From Hyphochytrium catenoides (lineage: Eukaryota > Protista > Hyphochytriomycota), in NCBI GenBank assembly GCA_900088475.1, contig FLMG01004002.1, positions 54,402 to 118,401 on the forward strand: a stretch of 64,000 bases of DNA. The letters run 5' to 3'. Every line of letters begins with the position of its first letter. Position 1 is the stretch's first letter. Shown one piece after another: positions 51,701 through 63,962 of this stretch. Below the pieces are notes generated by a model. That model saw only the letters and a program-made list of their open reading frames with translations. It was not told where the DNA came from and did not search any database. Made by a program: the position numbers and the translations under genes.

Positions 51701-52994
51701 CAACACTGTAGCGCGCTCCATCTTGGACGATCCCATCTATCTCCTTTGTTACTTTTCAGGGCGCTACTGGGCATGAGCTTTGCCGTGACTTCTCTAATTG
51801 GCTGACCACCGTTTATAACCATCTTCTTTATGACTTCTCTCGCGTCGTCTATCCTGCATGCGACTTGATAGTGTGTGGATCAAAGGCCGAGAATTCACCC
51901 TGGATGGCCTTCTGGGTCCTCGGAAGGATCTTGTTGAGCAATTCCAAGGAGCAGCAATGGCTATTTTCCGACTTGCTCCACAAGACTACCACCGCTGGCA
52001 CTGGCCTTGTGATGGTGTTGTTGGCAAGCGGACAGTGGTAAGAATCCAATAGCTCTGGGACACATGACGCGAGACGGACAAATCAGAAGATGTATAACTC
52101 AACAAGGGAAGAAGTTAGTAAAGCTTTTGACTATGGTACTGGTGGAAGCTCTGGATAACACATGTCACGCACGCTGAGCGCCAAATGCTTAGCTCCTCGA
52201 CAACGGCGTAGTCCATGTCGGATGGGCTTCCACTTAACATTTTGGTCTTCTCTTTCCCTCTGCGCTGCCTTCACTGCCCATCCCTCTGTACTAGGTACCG
52301 GGATCGCTCTTCACAGTTAATCCTATTGCTGTAAGAGAGGAGACCATCAACGTTTTCACCGAGAACAGCAGGGTCATTTGCGAGTTGGAATCGGACGCCT
52401 TTGGAAAGGTGCTTCTCATTGCGGTTGGAGCCACGATGGTTGGGTCCATCAACTTTATAGAGGGGAAGTCAGAAGAGGGAACGGTGCGTATCTTCTCTGT
52501 TCTTCATATTCTCCCTTGTCCAATGGACAGAATAGCAACCTAGTATAGTTTTGCCTTTCCGCTTTGCACCTCTACACTGTGGTCGCCCGCTTTACATTCT
52601 TCGTCTTAAGAAACTTCGTAACCTACCTCTGACCATGAAGTGACTCATCTCGTAGAGGGTAAAGAAGGGCGATCAACACGGATATTTCGCCTTTGGTGGC
52701 TCAACTTGCGTGGTCCTCTTCCAGCGGAACAAAATCGTTTTTGATTACGACATCCTAAGGAACTCCCGGAAGCCTATAGAAACACTCGTCAAAGTGAATA
52801 CCTCCTTAGGCAGTTCACCAGAACTCTCTCGTACACTCTCTCCTAAAAGTGCGGTGACCCTTTCCCCTCGCGGAGTAGTAGTAGGCACCAACTTAGGGGC
52901 AAGGGGGGATGGCGAACGGAAGACGGTTGATGAAGGAGTCAAGGGAGAAGGGATGGCACCAGCGACCATTAGCGAGGAGGCTTCCCTCAAGTAG
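48764..52994 (+). CDS. PSD2: Type II phosphatidylserine decarboxylase proenzyme with C2 domains and EF-hands; multi-exon
   Basis: C2 domain (FSVNLVQ|AKG..PYG..KKTSNPVWN..VSFWDD), a second degenerate C2, EF loops (DVNAD.., DKDKNGTLDKAE), FKTFNQFFYRSLKPDARP, SADCR, FRLAPQDYHRWH, VNPIAV, VGATMVGSI and the GYFAFGGST self-cleavage motif (52695-52706). The start MGQKGS is myristoylation-like. Confidence 0.93.
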
Positions 52995-53370
52995 GGGAAA
53001 TCACTTATGCTCATAATGTGCACATATAAGGGGGAACACTTATTTATCTCTATAATTATTCAATCAATTCGTGTTCATAGCGCGTGGTTTAAAAAAGGGT
53101 GAGTGCAAGCGTTACAAGGATTGCTGATGTTTTTTTTCTCTATGCGCAAGTGAGTAGCGATACGGTATACTTCGCAAGCATTTGGTTCTGTAAGGAACGT
53201 ATGCTTATACCTATTTCGTCCAGAACAATGAGTGACGGCAGGCTGTAAATTACATGGACAAGGATCTGCGCAGGCGGACAAAATCACTTGTCTGGGCCGT
53301 TCCTGTGCACCCAAGGTGATAAAGAAGAGAGATGTTAATTCCGTACCTTCCCAGTGAGCTCGGTGTGACA

Positions 53371-56300
53371 TTAACATGAACTGATGAGACCGGTTAAAAC
53401 GACAAAAGCGAGCGGGAGAGCACTGTATGACGGCGGACCCAACGACCCGAGGAAGGCGCTCTTACGTCTGAATGTTTGGTTTTCATTGACCTTCCCCTTG
53501 ATTAGCCGGCTCAGTGCAGATCGTGGCTGCTCACGAGGGAGAAGATCATCCAGTGCCTGCAAGAACTATTCACTTAGCAGTTAGGAATCTAGAAGCGTGA
53601 CGGACGATAGCTGGCATAGGGAGCTAAGGAAGAAGTGGAAATAGGTGGAGAAGGGTCCACAAAAAAGTGAGGGGTCCAACGCCATTTCATACATACCTCG
53701 TCTATATCCTCCACACCCCAGTACCCTTTGTCAAGGGCTTCAAAACAAAGAAACGCTGACAGCACCAAGTCTGGGCTCTGTAGCTGCTCCACCTCGCTGA
53801 CAGTGCGTTAGCAAACAGCATTAACAAACCAATTTAGGCTCAAAGTCCCATGCCCGGAAGACTTTAGCTCAAGGAGTCTCACCGTCTTTGGAGTGTCTTC
53901 AAGTTTGAAAAGGTGGAGTTCCACAGTCTCTCCCAAGCGGATAAGGGACCCTGGAGCAATCACAGTGAGATCCTTATAGGCGTCAGTCCCATCAGGGACC
54001 AAGGACTTAGCAAAAAGGTTATTCCCATCTTGGGAAGCTAATAAGTCAAAGTGATGTCACGTACCTGTTGCTGATCCCTGGAGACTACACCAGGACATAC
54101 GGAAGGCAACACACAGTGAAAGCAAGTGTGGTGTTGGTCGGCAGTGGTAGTCAAAGGACAGATTTAGGTCTATAACTTACAACCTCCAGACTTCCACTTC
54201 TTCCATCCTGCCCGCTTAGCTGCAGGTTGGCCAGCTTCCGTTGCAGCGCGCTCCACACTCTGGTTGATTGGATCGGTCTTCTCGACCACGTGGCGACCCG
54301 TCTTTCCTATGTATAACCTGGCAGAGGCGCCATCGTAGAGCTTCCTCCCGTCACCTAAATCGATTGGAGTGCCATCAAAGGCGATAACTTCCATCATTTC
54401 ATCTTCCGCTAAGAGTCACGAAAAGGAGGTCTTAGATGTTGGCTGCACCGAAGACACTGCTTGACGGAGAAGAGTCCTTCTAGATGCACTAAGGCTTATT
54501 ATCTTCTTCAAAAGGATCCAACTTTATGGAGGTTCCCGGAATAATAATGAGAAACAGAGAGTACAAAAACCTACCGACACCAAATCTCAGCCTCACAAGA
54601 TCCACCACTTGCGACCTCGGAGTCCCCACGTAGTAGGAGAGCAAGACCGACCTTGATCCTGTCTCCTTAGCATGAAGCTTTAAGTGATTTCTAAGGCTTA
54701 CGTATGAAGATGTAGGAAAGAGGCAAGGGAGGAGCCGAAGGTAAATGCTCTGTCACGCAAGGGATACCAAAGAGGCCACAGACCCCATACCTGAGATGGG
54801 GCTTGGACTTTGAATTGGAGAGGTTGATGACCCAGAGCTTTTTGATACATTCGTCACATGTACGTTTGCCATATGCATCTAGGGTTAAGACACGAGCCGT
54901 TCACCCCAATAAGCCATTATATCGTGCATGCGCCGAGCATATACATCATCAAAGGGGTAGGAAAGAAGGTGAAATGACGGTGACAACCTGCGAAATAACG
55001 AGAACAATACTATGCAGGGAGGCATTGGCCAGGATTTGGTTTACCTGCGGCAGGACCGTGTACTAGTCGAAAGGAAGAACAATCGGAACAGACTTGCTGA
55101 GTGCATAACTAAAGAGGAGGACATGCGGATGAACGGGGTAAATGGTGAGCACCGGCTCAAATTGCCTCCGGCCAAGGTCAACCCACCCGGCATCTGAGTC
55201 TTCTGAAGAAAAAGTTGAACGTTGCTAGTGGTTTGCGACAGACGTGACAGGTTCTGTTTAGAGTTTGACGCGCCTTCCGGGCTGGGATCGGGCGATTGGG
55301 TAAGGTTCCAGCTAAAAGGGCGTCGATATCATCTACATGCAGACTACCGACAAGACAACCTGAGTAACGTAGGAGCAATAAAAGAGGAACTTGGATATGC
55401 ATCTTTCTACCATCTGCTTACAAACTTTTTAGACTTTAGAAGCAGTGGTTGCTGAAAGTGACCAAAGAATAACTCCGTCTTTCTTTCTGTACCTGTTGGT
55501 GTCGTATAGATCAAGCTCTGCCTTCATGAGCTGCCTCACAAAGCCCATGTTCGGGAAGATGATTGGCCGGCGCTTCAGACAATAGTTCTGTGCTGTGATG
55601 AGCGACCACTGACAATTCTTCATCAAATAATAAATAACTGTAAACGTCAGAGGAAGGCGAACCACAGGCGGAAGCAGATTAGGGACGACGTTTCGGGGAG
55701 CACCTCCCTCTAACCAGGGACGTATGCGTTAAACAACTTGATTGACAGTAGGCTCCTACCTATAGTTGCTGAGCGAGAGATGCCTTGGGTACAGTGCACT
55801 AGAACCCTGCTCTTTCGCTTCCTGGCTGCTTCCTCTACAAGGAATGCACGTAAGGAAGCAACGGAGTAAGCGACTGATTGGGTTCATATTTCCAAGGATA
55901 ATGCCCACATACAGTACGAAAGGACTCACTTTGTGAAAGGTTCTATGGATACTCATAGTTGATTGCTCTAACGACTTACCGAGAAATCTGCATGATGAAG
56001 CGAAGAATGCGCCAATGTCTTCGTCCGGTTTGTCCTTGATTGAGATGTTGAGATACTCTACTCCTTTGTCCTCAAAGAGGTTGCCGCAGTCTTGGGTGAC
56101 ATTGATGATATGGGTAATACCCAGATTCTGGAGGATTTGGAAATGCGTGGCCTGCGATTATTACACGCAGAATAAGGTCATCAAGGCATTCCTTAGGAGG
56201 CCGGAGCAAAGACGAATATATGTGGGGTAAGAAAACATCCTAGCCCTTTCGTCTGCGCCAGATTGACAGCTTTTCTACCAATACTGAAAAAATGTGACAT

Positions 56301-59300
56301 GCTCTACCATCAGACACCTTACCTGCCACAAGTTCCCCAGGTAAAGAAACCCTTCGATTATTTCGTTGGGATACGTGATTGTATGACCCCCTACGAGCCG
56401 CGTCACCGGTGAGCCGCTGCATAAGCTAACGTAACTCTACCCTGACGAGCGGGAGTGGACTGTTTTCTGGTCCCACCTTACTCCAGCACTCCAGCTCTAA
56501 GTACTTACCGCTCTCTGTTAAGAACCCGCCTTGCGTTCCTCCTGCAGCCTTGTCCTCATACTCCGTGGTCATGAAAGGATAACGAATATGAAATGTTGAA
56601 TAGGAGTCTAGAAACGCAGTTGATCCATACGGACAGGAGGTTAGACGTGGCTCAGGAGAACAGAGACAAGCAGGAGATATCAGCAACGAGCATTGTCTTG
56701 GATTCCCAGGAAAGTGGAAATTGCATATAAGCAGGAGATTTAAGCAACGAGGAGGGTCTTGGAGTCTTTTCACCATCAATATTGCTAAGACAACCCGCAT
56801 GCGCCAAGTAAATCGTCACAGATCGCGCCTTATAGAACAATACCTGCTAGATAAGAGACGGACGCAGCCACCTTCTCGAGTATGAGGAAGTCTGCTAACT
56901 TGCTCGTCCATGACGACCGATGCTTGCTTTTAGCTGAATCGTCATCAAAAATAACAACTTCCATAAACTTTCTTCTTGAAAAGAGCCGTTTCTATCCATT
57001 GGCGCACCATATATAAGGTAAGCTCATGATGGACATCTTCATAACCTCAGTCACCTGTTCTTCCATGCAGTTGCTTTCGATCTGGTCAAGCGATCTGGGA
57101 TGGGGCATCGGAGGCACGGAAATGGCGGAGTAGATTGTCCCAGTTTGGTATTGCGTGCGTTCTCTGTTCGTCAGGCGTATTGTCAATGTTCGAAGACCCT
57201 CAGAGAGCTCAACTGTGAGCAGTTCTGAGCTTCAGCAAAAGAAAGCTATCATGTCACCTTGCGTCAATGAGGATCATTCCTCCCGGCACCTGGAGCCTAT
57301 TGAACAACCAGTTGCATGTCACCATAGGAATGTCAATCTTGACTTTTGCCTGTAGCTAGGTTTCCCGAGAGGTAGCAGAGGCCAAACGGTAAGAGCAATA
57401 AGGCACGCCATCTCCGAAGCCAAACCCTGTCCAGCAATACTGGCAGTAATGTCCAAAGGAGACAAAATTATGAGCTATATAGCACCTGTGCGGTCTCGTA
57501 CTCTGATGACCGTCGTTCCGTGGAGCTTGCTAAGAAGGATCGCATAACGCTGGCATCCTGGCTCTCAATCTTTTGATTCAACGAAAATGATGGTGTCTGA
57601 ACCGTGGCAAGAGAGGCTTGATATTCACCGTTTCGCAAAGGCTCAATCTCACATTCCGATACACTACATAGATGGACCAATCGCCATAAAGAGGACGAAA
57701 CGGAAAAAATGCCTTACTCTTAACTTCCAATTGGGGTCGACAGCCAGTATACCAAACAAGTGGAGTGAAGTGATGAAGGAAGTAGATGATGCCGTACTAC
57801 ATAAATGCAAATCATGTATGTAAAGTGTGCCATTCTTCGAAGAGGAGTGTGCCGACAGAAACGGTAAGACAGCATTAGAGATAGTAGAGGTAGATGAATC
57901 CATTAGTCACTTGTGGCTACCTCGCTGTCCCAAAAAGGTCCTGCTCCAACCGGCCCAGGATTCGTATCATCTTCTTGGGAAGATACACCACCGGCCGACA
58001 TCGTAGGACATAGGAATAAGCGCGCAAAAGATTGTACCTAGGGAGGAGACAGCTCGTTAGTGCACGACCTACGCGGGTTACACTTTCACTAAGGAGAACA
58101 CGGTGAAGACTAGACCTTACTTGTGCACACGCATTAAGATGTACATAGCTAGTGCTGCTGATGCCGCGATTCCCTGGGTACAGTGTACCAATACCTTTGC
58201 GTGGGACGACTGAGCCTCATCTATCGATGGACAGCCAAGGGAGCCAGAAAGTGAGTGTCGAGGGTACTCATCCACAGTGCACCACTTATTATGTGTCAAT
58301 ACCTATGACTGCATCGACCGCGTGCGTGTCGATGGCGTCGCTCTCTGCCGGGAACTGCTGCTGGATGTACCTGAGAAGCCTCAAATCAAAAACATCTTTG
58401 ACAAGACCATGACGGGTACGGCAGGTGCTTGTTTTTGCCAAGAAAGACGAAGTTAGGGTGCTCTGTTTCAACATATACCTTAAGCCCTCTAACTGTGGGT
58501 GGTCCTTTTCGTCGACAGCCAGCGAGATGATGTGCTTGATGTCCAAAGCACGAAGCACTTTCTCATCTCGCGCCTCGAGTAATGTGCAAGTACGTAAGCG
58601 TGGACTGCTAACCGGCCTCTGTTCTCCTTCTAGCTCACCTGCCAAATATTCCCGAGATAAAGGAGCCCTGGAATAATCTCACTAGGAAATCTTGTATCAA
58701 AGCCCTCGGCTTCGAGCGCAGAGGAAGAAGTTATCAATATCCTATACCGCTTGGAGAAAGTATCGAAACCACCTTCCACGCAAAGTAGAAGCTGCGGTTA
58801 GCGATGGCCTTCGGCAGGGTTTCTGACCAAATAAAGACTGCGAACGAATACCGGGCAGGGAGCTATACTGGCGGTAAGAGGAGAAGAGAGAACACGTGAA
58901 GGTCCGCCCGAAAATTTGTGAGGAGCAAGCACCTTCTAAATAGAGAATGTTCGAATACTGTAACTCCTCTTGAAGAAGTTTTACGAGATGAGCAACCCAG
59001 CTTCTCCCTGCTCCAATTCCGGGGCTTGGTTCAGAGCTTACGTCTGCCCGATCTTGATGAAGGTTCATGCCATCGTCGTCATAAAGGATGATATCTATCG
59101 CTTCATAGTCCCGACTCATACCCTGTTGTAGGCAAAGGTGACATCCACATTAGTGGTTATCATGCCCACACATGAAGGCTTTAGCTTTTAGATTGGGCAA
59201 ATCCGAAGTAAAGCGGTGGAAAAACACCTTTCATGAGAAGATGTAGCGACGGTATGGATGCAGGCCCCAGTTGACAACACAAACGAAAGTAGGATGACAC

Positions 59301-60676
59301 CTTGAGAGATTTGGCGGTGATGTGCGAGTCTGCAGCACTGTCTATCACTTCAAGAAGATTGTTGGCATCCAGGGCTGGAGGAAGATTGACACTGCCTCTT
59401 ATATGAGCTTTAGGGGAAGGTCCAGAGGACAAGTTGTCGGAATGCGGGAATAAGCGTGGCATTAACGTTAGCGTGACCCAGTCGTGGAAAGAGTAAAAAA
59501 GAAAAGAAGATAATCCAGACTTACCGAGTTCGAACTCCGCTTGCGGCCGTAGGTCAATGATGATCACGTCCTCAGGATGCTGAAGAACATTGAAAAGCTG
59601 AGTGGGCTCGACTACCTGTACGGTTGTTAATGGCGGTTTTGCCTATGATCGCACGAAAGAGCCTAGTTAGCTTCCTATGGACTCCTTGTCCTCCTTTTTG
59701 TTGCGGAGATAGCAGGCTCCACAGTGACGACAAAGGGCCTACCTCGCTGCTAAGTGTTGGATCCTCCTTCTCATCTGTGTGGGAGGCCTTTCTTCCACCT
59801 AGACACGAGTTGCACTAAATGTTGGACCACAACTTCTGAACCATTTTCTCGATATGACCTAAATCACCTAGCCTAGAACGTGTACTCTACGATACCATAC
59901 CATCATCGGACCGACTCTGAAGTACCGAGTTGGACGAGAACGCACGTCTTAACCTTGGTGATGGGCGTTGCAGCCTTTAAGGAGAGAGTAAGGTGAGAGG
60001 TAAGTACCATTGACAGACGGTAAGGAACTCGGTAAGTAAGATAACTTTAACGTAAAGCACGGATGCAGACAGTGAGGAGGGGGAGGCCCAAATCAGCCGC
60101 TTAGGTTGCATGAGTTTAAGGAAGTCGTCCTCAATCTTGATCCCTCACCTTCTGCTTGTCGAATCATGACCGAAAAAAGCCTTGAACGTCTCGGGCTGGG
60201 CAAACATATGAGCCGAAAAGGTCAAGAAGAGCAAGCCTGGATTCATCTGCAAAATGAGTCACCTTATCCACTGATGCATGGCGCTGATTCTTGCCTCTGT
60301 TTTCTGTTCCTATTCTCAGCCGGTAAAGAGCGGGGCGCTGGACAATAGAGACGATCAGCCTTCGACTTTTCTAGCAGAACGTCTCCTTATCAGGTCTCCT
60401 TACATTCTCCCTTTCTTGAGCCACAAGGCACAGCCATCCACGCTCACAAAATGAGTTGAGGAGCTGCTCCGCTTGCGCTTTGGTGGGCTGACTGTCAAGG
60501 TTGCAAGAAGAAGAGTATTGGGCATCACCGAGCTTAACATAGACCTCGGGTTGCTGCAGGATGTCAAGCAGCTCAGCTGAAGAGATGCAGTTGGCAAATA
60601 AGTTGATGAAGTAACGGTGGTTCTTGACTAAACCCGCAGCTTCAACTATCCTTCTAAACTCTTCCTCTTTCTCCAT
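53371..60676 (-). CDS. Multidomain dual-specificity phosphatase: DEP - rhodanese - DSP (Arg-less) - rhodanese - DSP (intact) - FYVE-like - C-terminal region; multi-exon
   Basis: DEP-like VKNHRYFINLFANCISSAELLD..TKAQAEQLLNSFCERGWL; rhodanese VEPTQLFNVLQ..IIDLRPQAEFEL|AHIRGSVNLP; DSP1 PSEIIPGLLYLGN..VLVHCTQGIAAS; DSP2 YPTQIIEGFLYLGN..IKDKPDED..VLVHCTQGISRS..RRPIIFPNMGFVRQL; zinc finger CHVC/CRLC/CSDC/CDEC. The 3' end is approximate and some middle junctions are unresolved. Confidence 0.8.
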
Positions 60677-61140
60677 TGCCGGACAAGCTGAACAAAGGCC
60701 TTATCAAATCTGCGCAAGATGTCGCAGTGCTCTAGTGTCAGCTCCAGCTACGCTCAGCCACCAGGGGTCCAGCATCATGTTCATTTGGTTTTCTCACGCG
60801 CACAAATTCCCGTCACGCTGCCTTGAAGACGTATTAGCGCAGGTCTCAATGAGGCTCTGCCTCTAATCATCGAGTTCTAGAAGCTGCTATTTCCACAGGG
60901 GAGTGGAGCCAAGAAGTAGCCCCGAGCCCAGCCAGTCGTTTGGGTTACTTAAAGAGCCTCCCGCTCTACTGCCCACAGCTGAGGACAAGACGGCGTAGCA
61001 AGACACAAGCTGTGTTGCTATTGCCAGACAGACGACAGACTCATGCAGATCAGAAGGCTGGCGAGCTTTTCCTCTTCATAGGAAAAAAATGTAGCAGCGC
61101 CCCCGCAACTTCAATATCCTACAGCTGTAGAGCACGGAGA

Positions 61141-61460
61141 GCAGCAAGAGGGTTGGACAAGGGAGAGAGGGGAGGATGGTCATACAGAGAGGAATGGGCT
61201 TCAGAGAGAGAGAGGGAGGACAAGAGGAAAGGAGAAACGAGGAGAGGAGAGAGAAAGTGTGGCGAGAGAACCAAGAAAGAGAGACAGAGACAGAGGGAGA
61301 GAAAGAGAGACAGAGGGAGAGACGGCAAGGAGAAACGAGGAAAGAGAGAGGAAGTGTGAAGAGAGAGAACCCAGGTGAGAAAGAGACAGAGGGAGGGAGG
61401 AAGAGAAGAACAAGAGACAGAGTGAGAGAGAGAGAGAGAGAGCGGGAATGAGGGAGAGAT
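61141..61460. repeat. GA-rich polypurine low-complexity tract
   Basis: Directly visible, in the spacer between two divergent genes. Confidence 0.9.
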
Positions 61461-61881
61461 AAAACAGCTTCTTCCGTAAAAATGGCCTGATCGCAGCGAA
61501 AGGTTCATAATAAGGTTCCTGAAATAATAGTATAGAGCCATTGTACTTGCACCCTTGAAGGAATATTCCCAGTTAAAGCAACCTTGCGAAACCTTCCGAA
61601 TGGTTTCAGCAGCGGCGAACAGGCTGCACTCGTTTGACGCACATTTTCAAGGTGAAAGACGCTCCCTTGCCGCTCTGCTCTCGACTCTCCTTCAAGGACT
61701 TTATTTAGCATTCAAAGCCCATTGACACTATTGATAACAAGGAGAAGATAGAGTCTCACTGAGCTTTCTTTACCGCTGAAGTCTTGCAGCTGCGGATGCC
61801 TAGGATGGTTTGACCTGAGACTCCTGGTAGAGGATGGCGTAAGAGTGAACAAGCACGATCTAATCCCACTTGCTATCAAGC

Positions 61882-62664
61882 ATGACGGGACCTAACGTAG
61901 TGTATGCAGTCCCAATTGAAAGCAAAGGCCCATATGACGACTTTCAAGACTCTCCAGCATCGGCTCCTTTAGATGCTGGACCCTTCCCGCCAATCATCCC
62001 ACCGCAATCGGCTTTTGTGAACAGCAGGAAAAAGAAGTACAATCCAATCCCGATGGCAATATTAGAGTGGCTACCATTGGACTGTTCTCCAGCAGGTATC
62101 TTGTGACCGAAAGGGAGGGTGGGAAACGTTGTCTCACTCTTCGTCTCTTTGTTTTCAGCGCGAATAGCATTAGGAGCACCCTGTGTGGTGTTTGCGGACA
62201 TCAACGCACACATGGGCATATCCTCTTTTGCGCTCACTGTTATCACCGTTTACGGGCTCTGGATGCTATCGATAGCTACCTTATTAGTTGCCAGCACTAA
62301 CGGGAAGAGCATGGCATCTGATTACGTTGAGCACTTGTACGCGAACACTAGGTTACACACTGTCTGGGGTTACAGCTTTGACCAAGACGGTTATTTCTTC
62401 CTCTGGATCGGACTTATGGGTTTGTTTAGCTGTCTGTTTCTGTTCTTCTTTCAACGGTATCGGGTGCGGTCCTTTCTGGAGAAAGAGGTAAGATGGCATA
62501 GTATGCTTCACGGTGAGCCAACTGCTAATGCCACTCTTTGCCAATAGCCAAGCATAGGAGGAGTTCTGGGGTATCTCTGTCTTCCCTTCTGCTTGCCATG
62601 TTCAGTATACCAGTTAGCGCGGGAGCTTGGCTTGTATAGACCGCCGCCACCGCCAGAAGAGTGA
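61882..62664 (+). CDS. PLAC8 / cysteine-rich membrane protein family; 3 exons
   Basis: Spliced: ..WLPLDCSPA|ARIALGAPCVVFADINAHMG..(2 TM)..FQRYRVRSFLEKE|PSIGGVLGYLCLPFCLPCSVYQLARELG..*, which contains the PLAC8 PCVxF and CxxCxxxQxxRE motifs. Confidence 0.82.
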
Positions 62665-63524
62665 TGAGAGGGAGCGTCTCCGTCTCGGCTTTCTCTTACG
62701 ACAGAAAATAACAAATTTCTTCTGCGGCCTGCGGTCTGAGCCTTCAAGATAACGAGCTAGGGCATTCAACGAACTATGGTTGAGAGGCGGATTTCGGCCG
62801 AGATGGGAATGTTGTCAGGTGGCATGGCCATCCTTGGGCTCTGCATGGTAGACACTCTAGTCTCGCACAAGCGGATTAGCAAGTTCTGTATTTACTTCTT
62901 ATCAACTACTACGAGCAGACTGCGAAGGTGCCCTAAGGCTTAAGGTCCTGCTAAATGCCTACAAAGTTCACAACGGTTGCAGTCCAAGTGCAACCTACAG
63001 CTATTGCCATCCCCTCGTACTGAAAAGGAAGAGGCCTTTCCAGAGCTAAACGCAACATAGTCTTCCAGACTTTAATAGTTACAGGGATCAGGCGGGACGG
63101 GACCTGTATGGCATTATTTGAAGAAGCATGGAGGTTTCTCCGCTGTTCTTCCGGCCCAGCTCCTTTCATGGTAGAACGAAATATACCATACATAGGTCGA
63201 ATCTATCGTTGGTGGCGTACCTCCAATAGGCTCATCATCAATTGTCGAGGAGGAATGCTCTGCGCTAAAGTGTATTTATCTATATTTTACTACATGGGAG
63301 GAAACGCGCCGGCAATGCACGAATCTTTGCATGAACCACCAACATCAGTGACTACTATCTAGCGGGTAGCCCCAGTCCAATATGCTATATAAGGTCCATA
63401 AATATATGGGATCTCTATATACACATTCTGTCGCTGTTTCTGCCCTTCACAGGCGCACCATGAGCACAGTTAGCCATTCCTCTTCTGCCTACAAGCTCTA
63501 AATATAAATATTGGGCCGGAACCC

Positions 63525-63962
63525 TCAATAGATAATGTCTATTTCCCTGTCACTACCCTGACAGACCGTGCACAGTGGTTTCACCCTAGTTGACCTGTAT
63601 TCTTCCACTGCATTCTGTCGTCTCAAAGAAGGTGGCGGAGGTAAATGATCACTGTTCATATCATCAGGGCAGACAAAAGCATCTAATAGTGCCACTCTCC
63701 GAGACAAACGGCAATTCAGCTCCTTATCGTTCTTGACATCGTAATTGTCCTCAGTGGGTTCTGTCTCTGACCATCGCGACCAGTCCCAAGTCTTGCTAAG
63801 GTCCTCTTGTTGAGCCCATGACCAGTCTGCAACAGATTCGTCTGCGTCCTCTTCACTCTCAGGACTTAGAAAGTCGTGCTCTACGCTGTACACGAAGCGA
63901 GGCTGAGTTGGATCCGCACGATGGTGGTCTCGTGGTCCTATTCGCAGGCCAAGATGTGACAT
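63525..63962 (-). CDS. Hypothetical 145-aa acidic/Trp-rich protein, intronless
   Basis: ATG-to-stop ORF with non-random-looking composition (acidic block, four Trp, PPPPSLRRQNA, terminal CxxC) and AT-rich sequence after the stop. No family recognised. Confidence 0.45.
   Translation of the reverse strand: MSHLGLRIGPRDHHRADPTQPRFVYSVEHDFLSPESEEDADESVADWSWAQQEDLSKTWDWSRWSETEPTEDNYDVKNDKELNCRLSRRVALLDAFVCPDDMNSDHLPPPPSLRRQNAVEEYRSTRVKPLCTVCQGSDREIDIIY

Noticed and set aside
62104-62106. In-frame TGA between same-frame ORFs 61870-62106 and 62119-62547, suggesting selenocysteine or readthrough
   Set aside because: It lies inside a canonical intron (GTATCT at 62095 to TTTTCAG at 62158); removing it keeps the frame and yields a PLAC8 motif.
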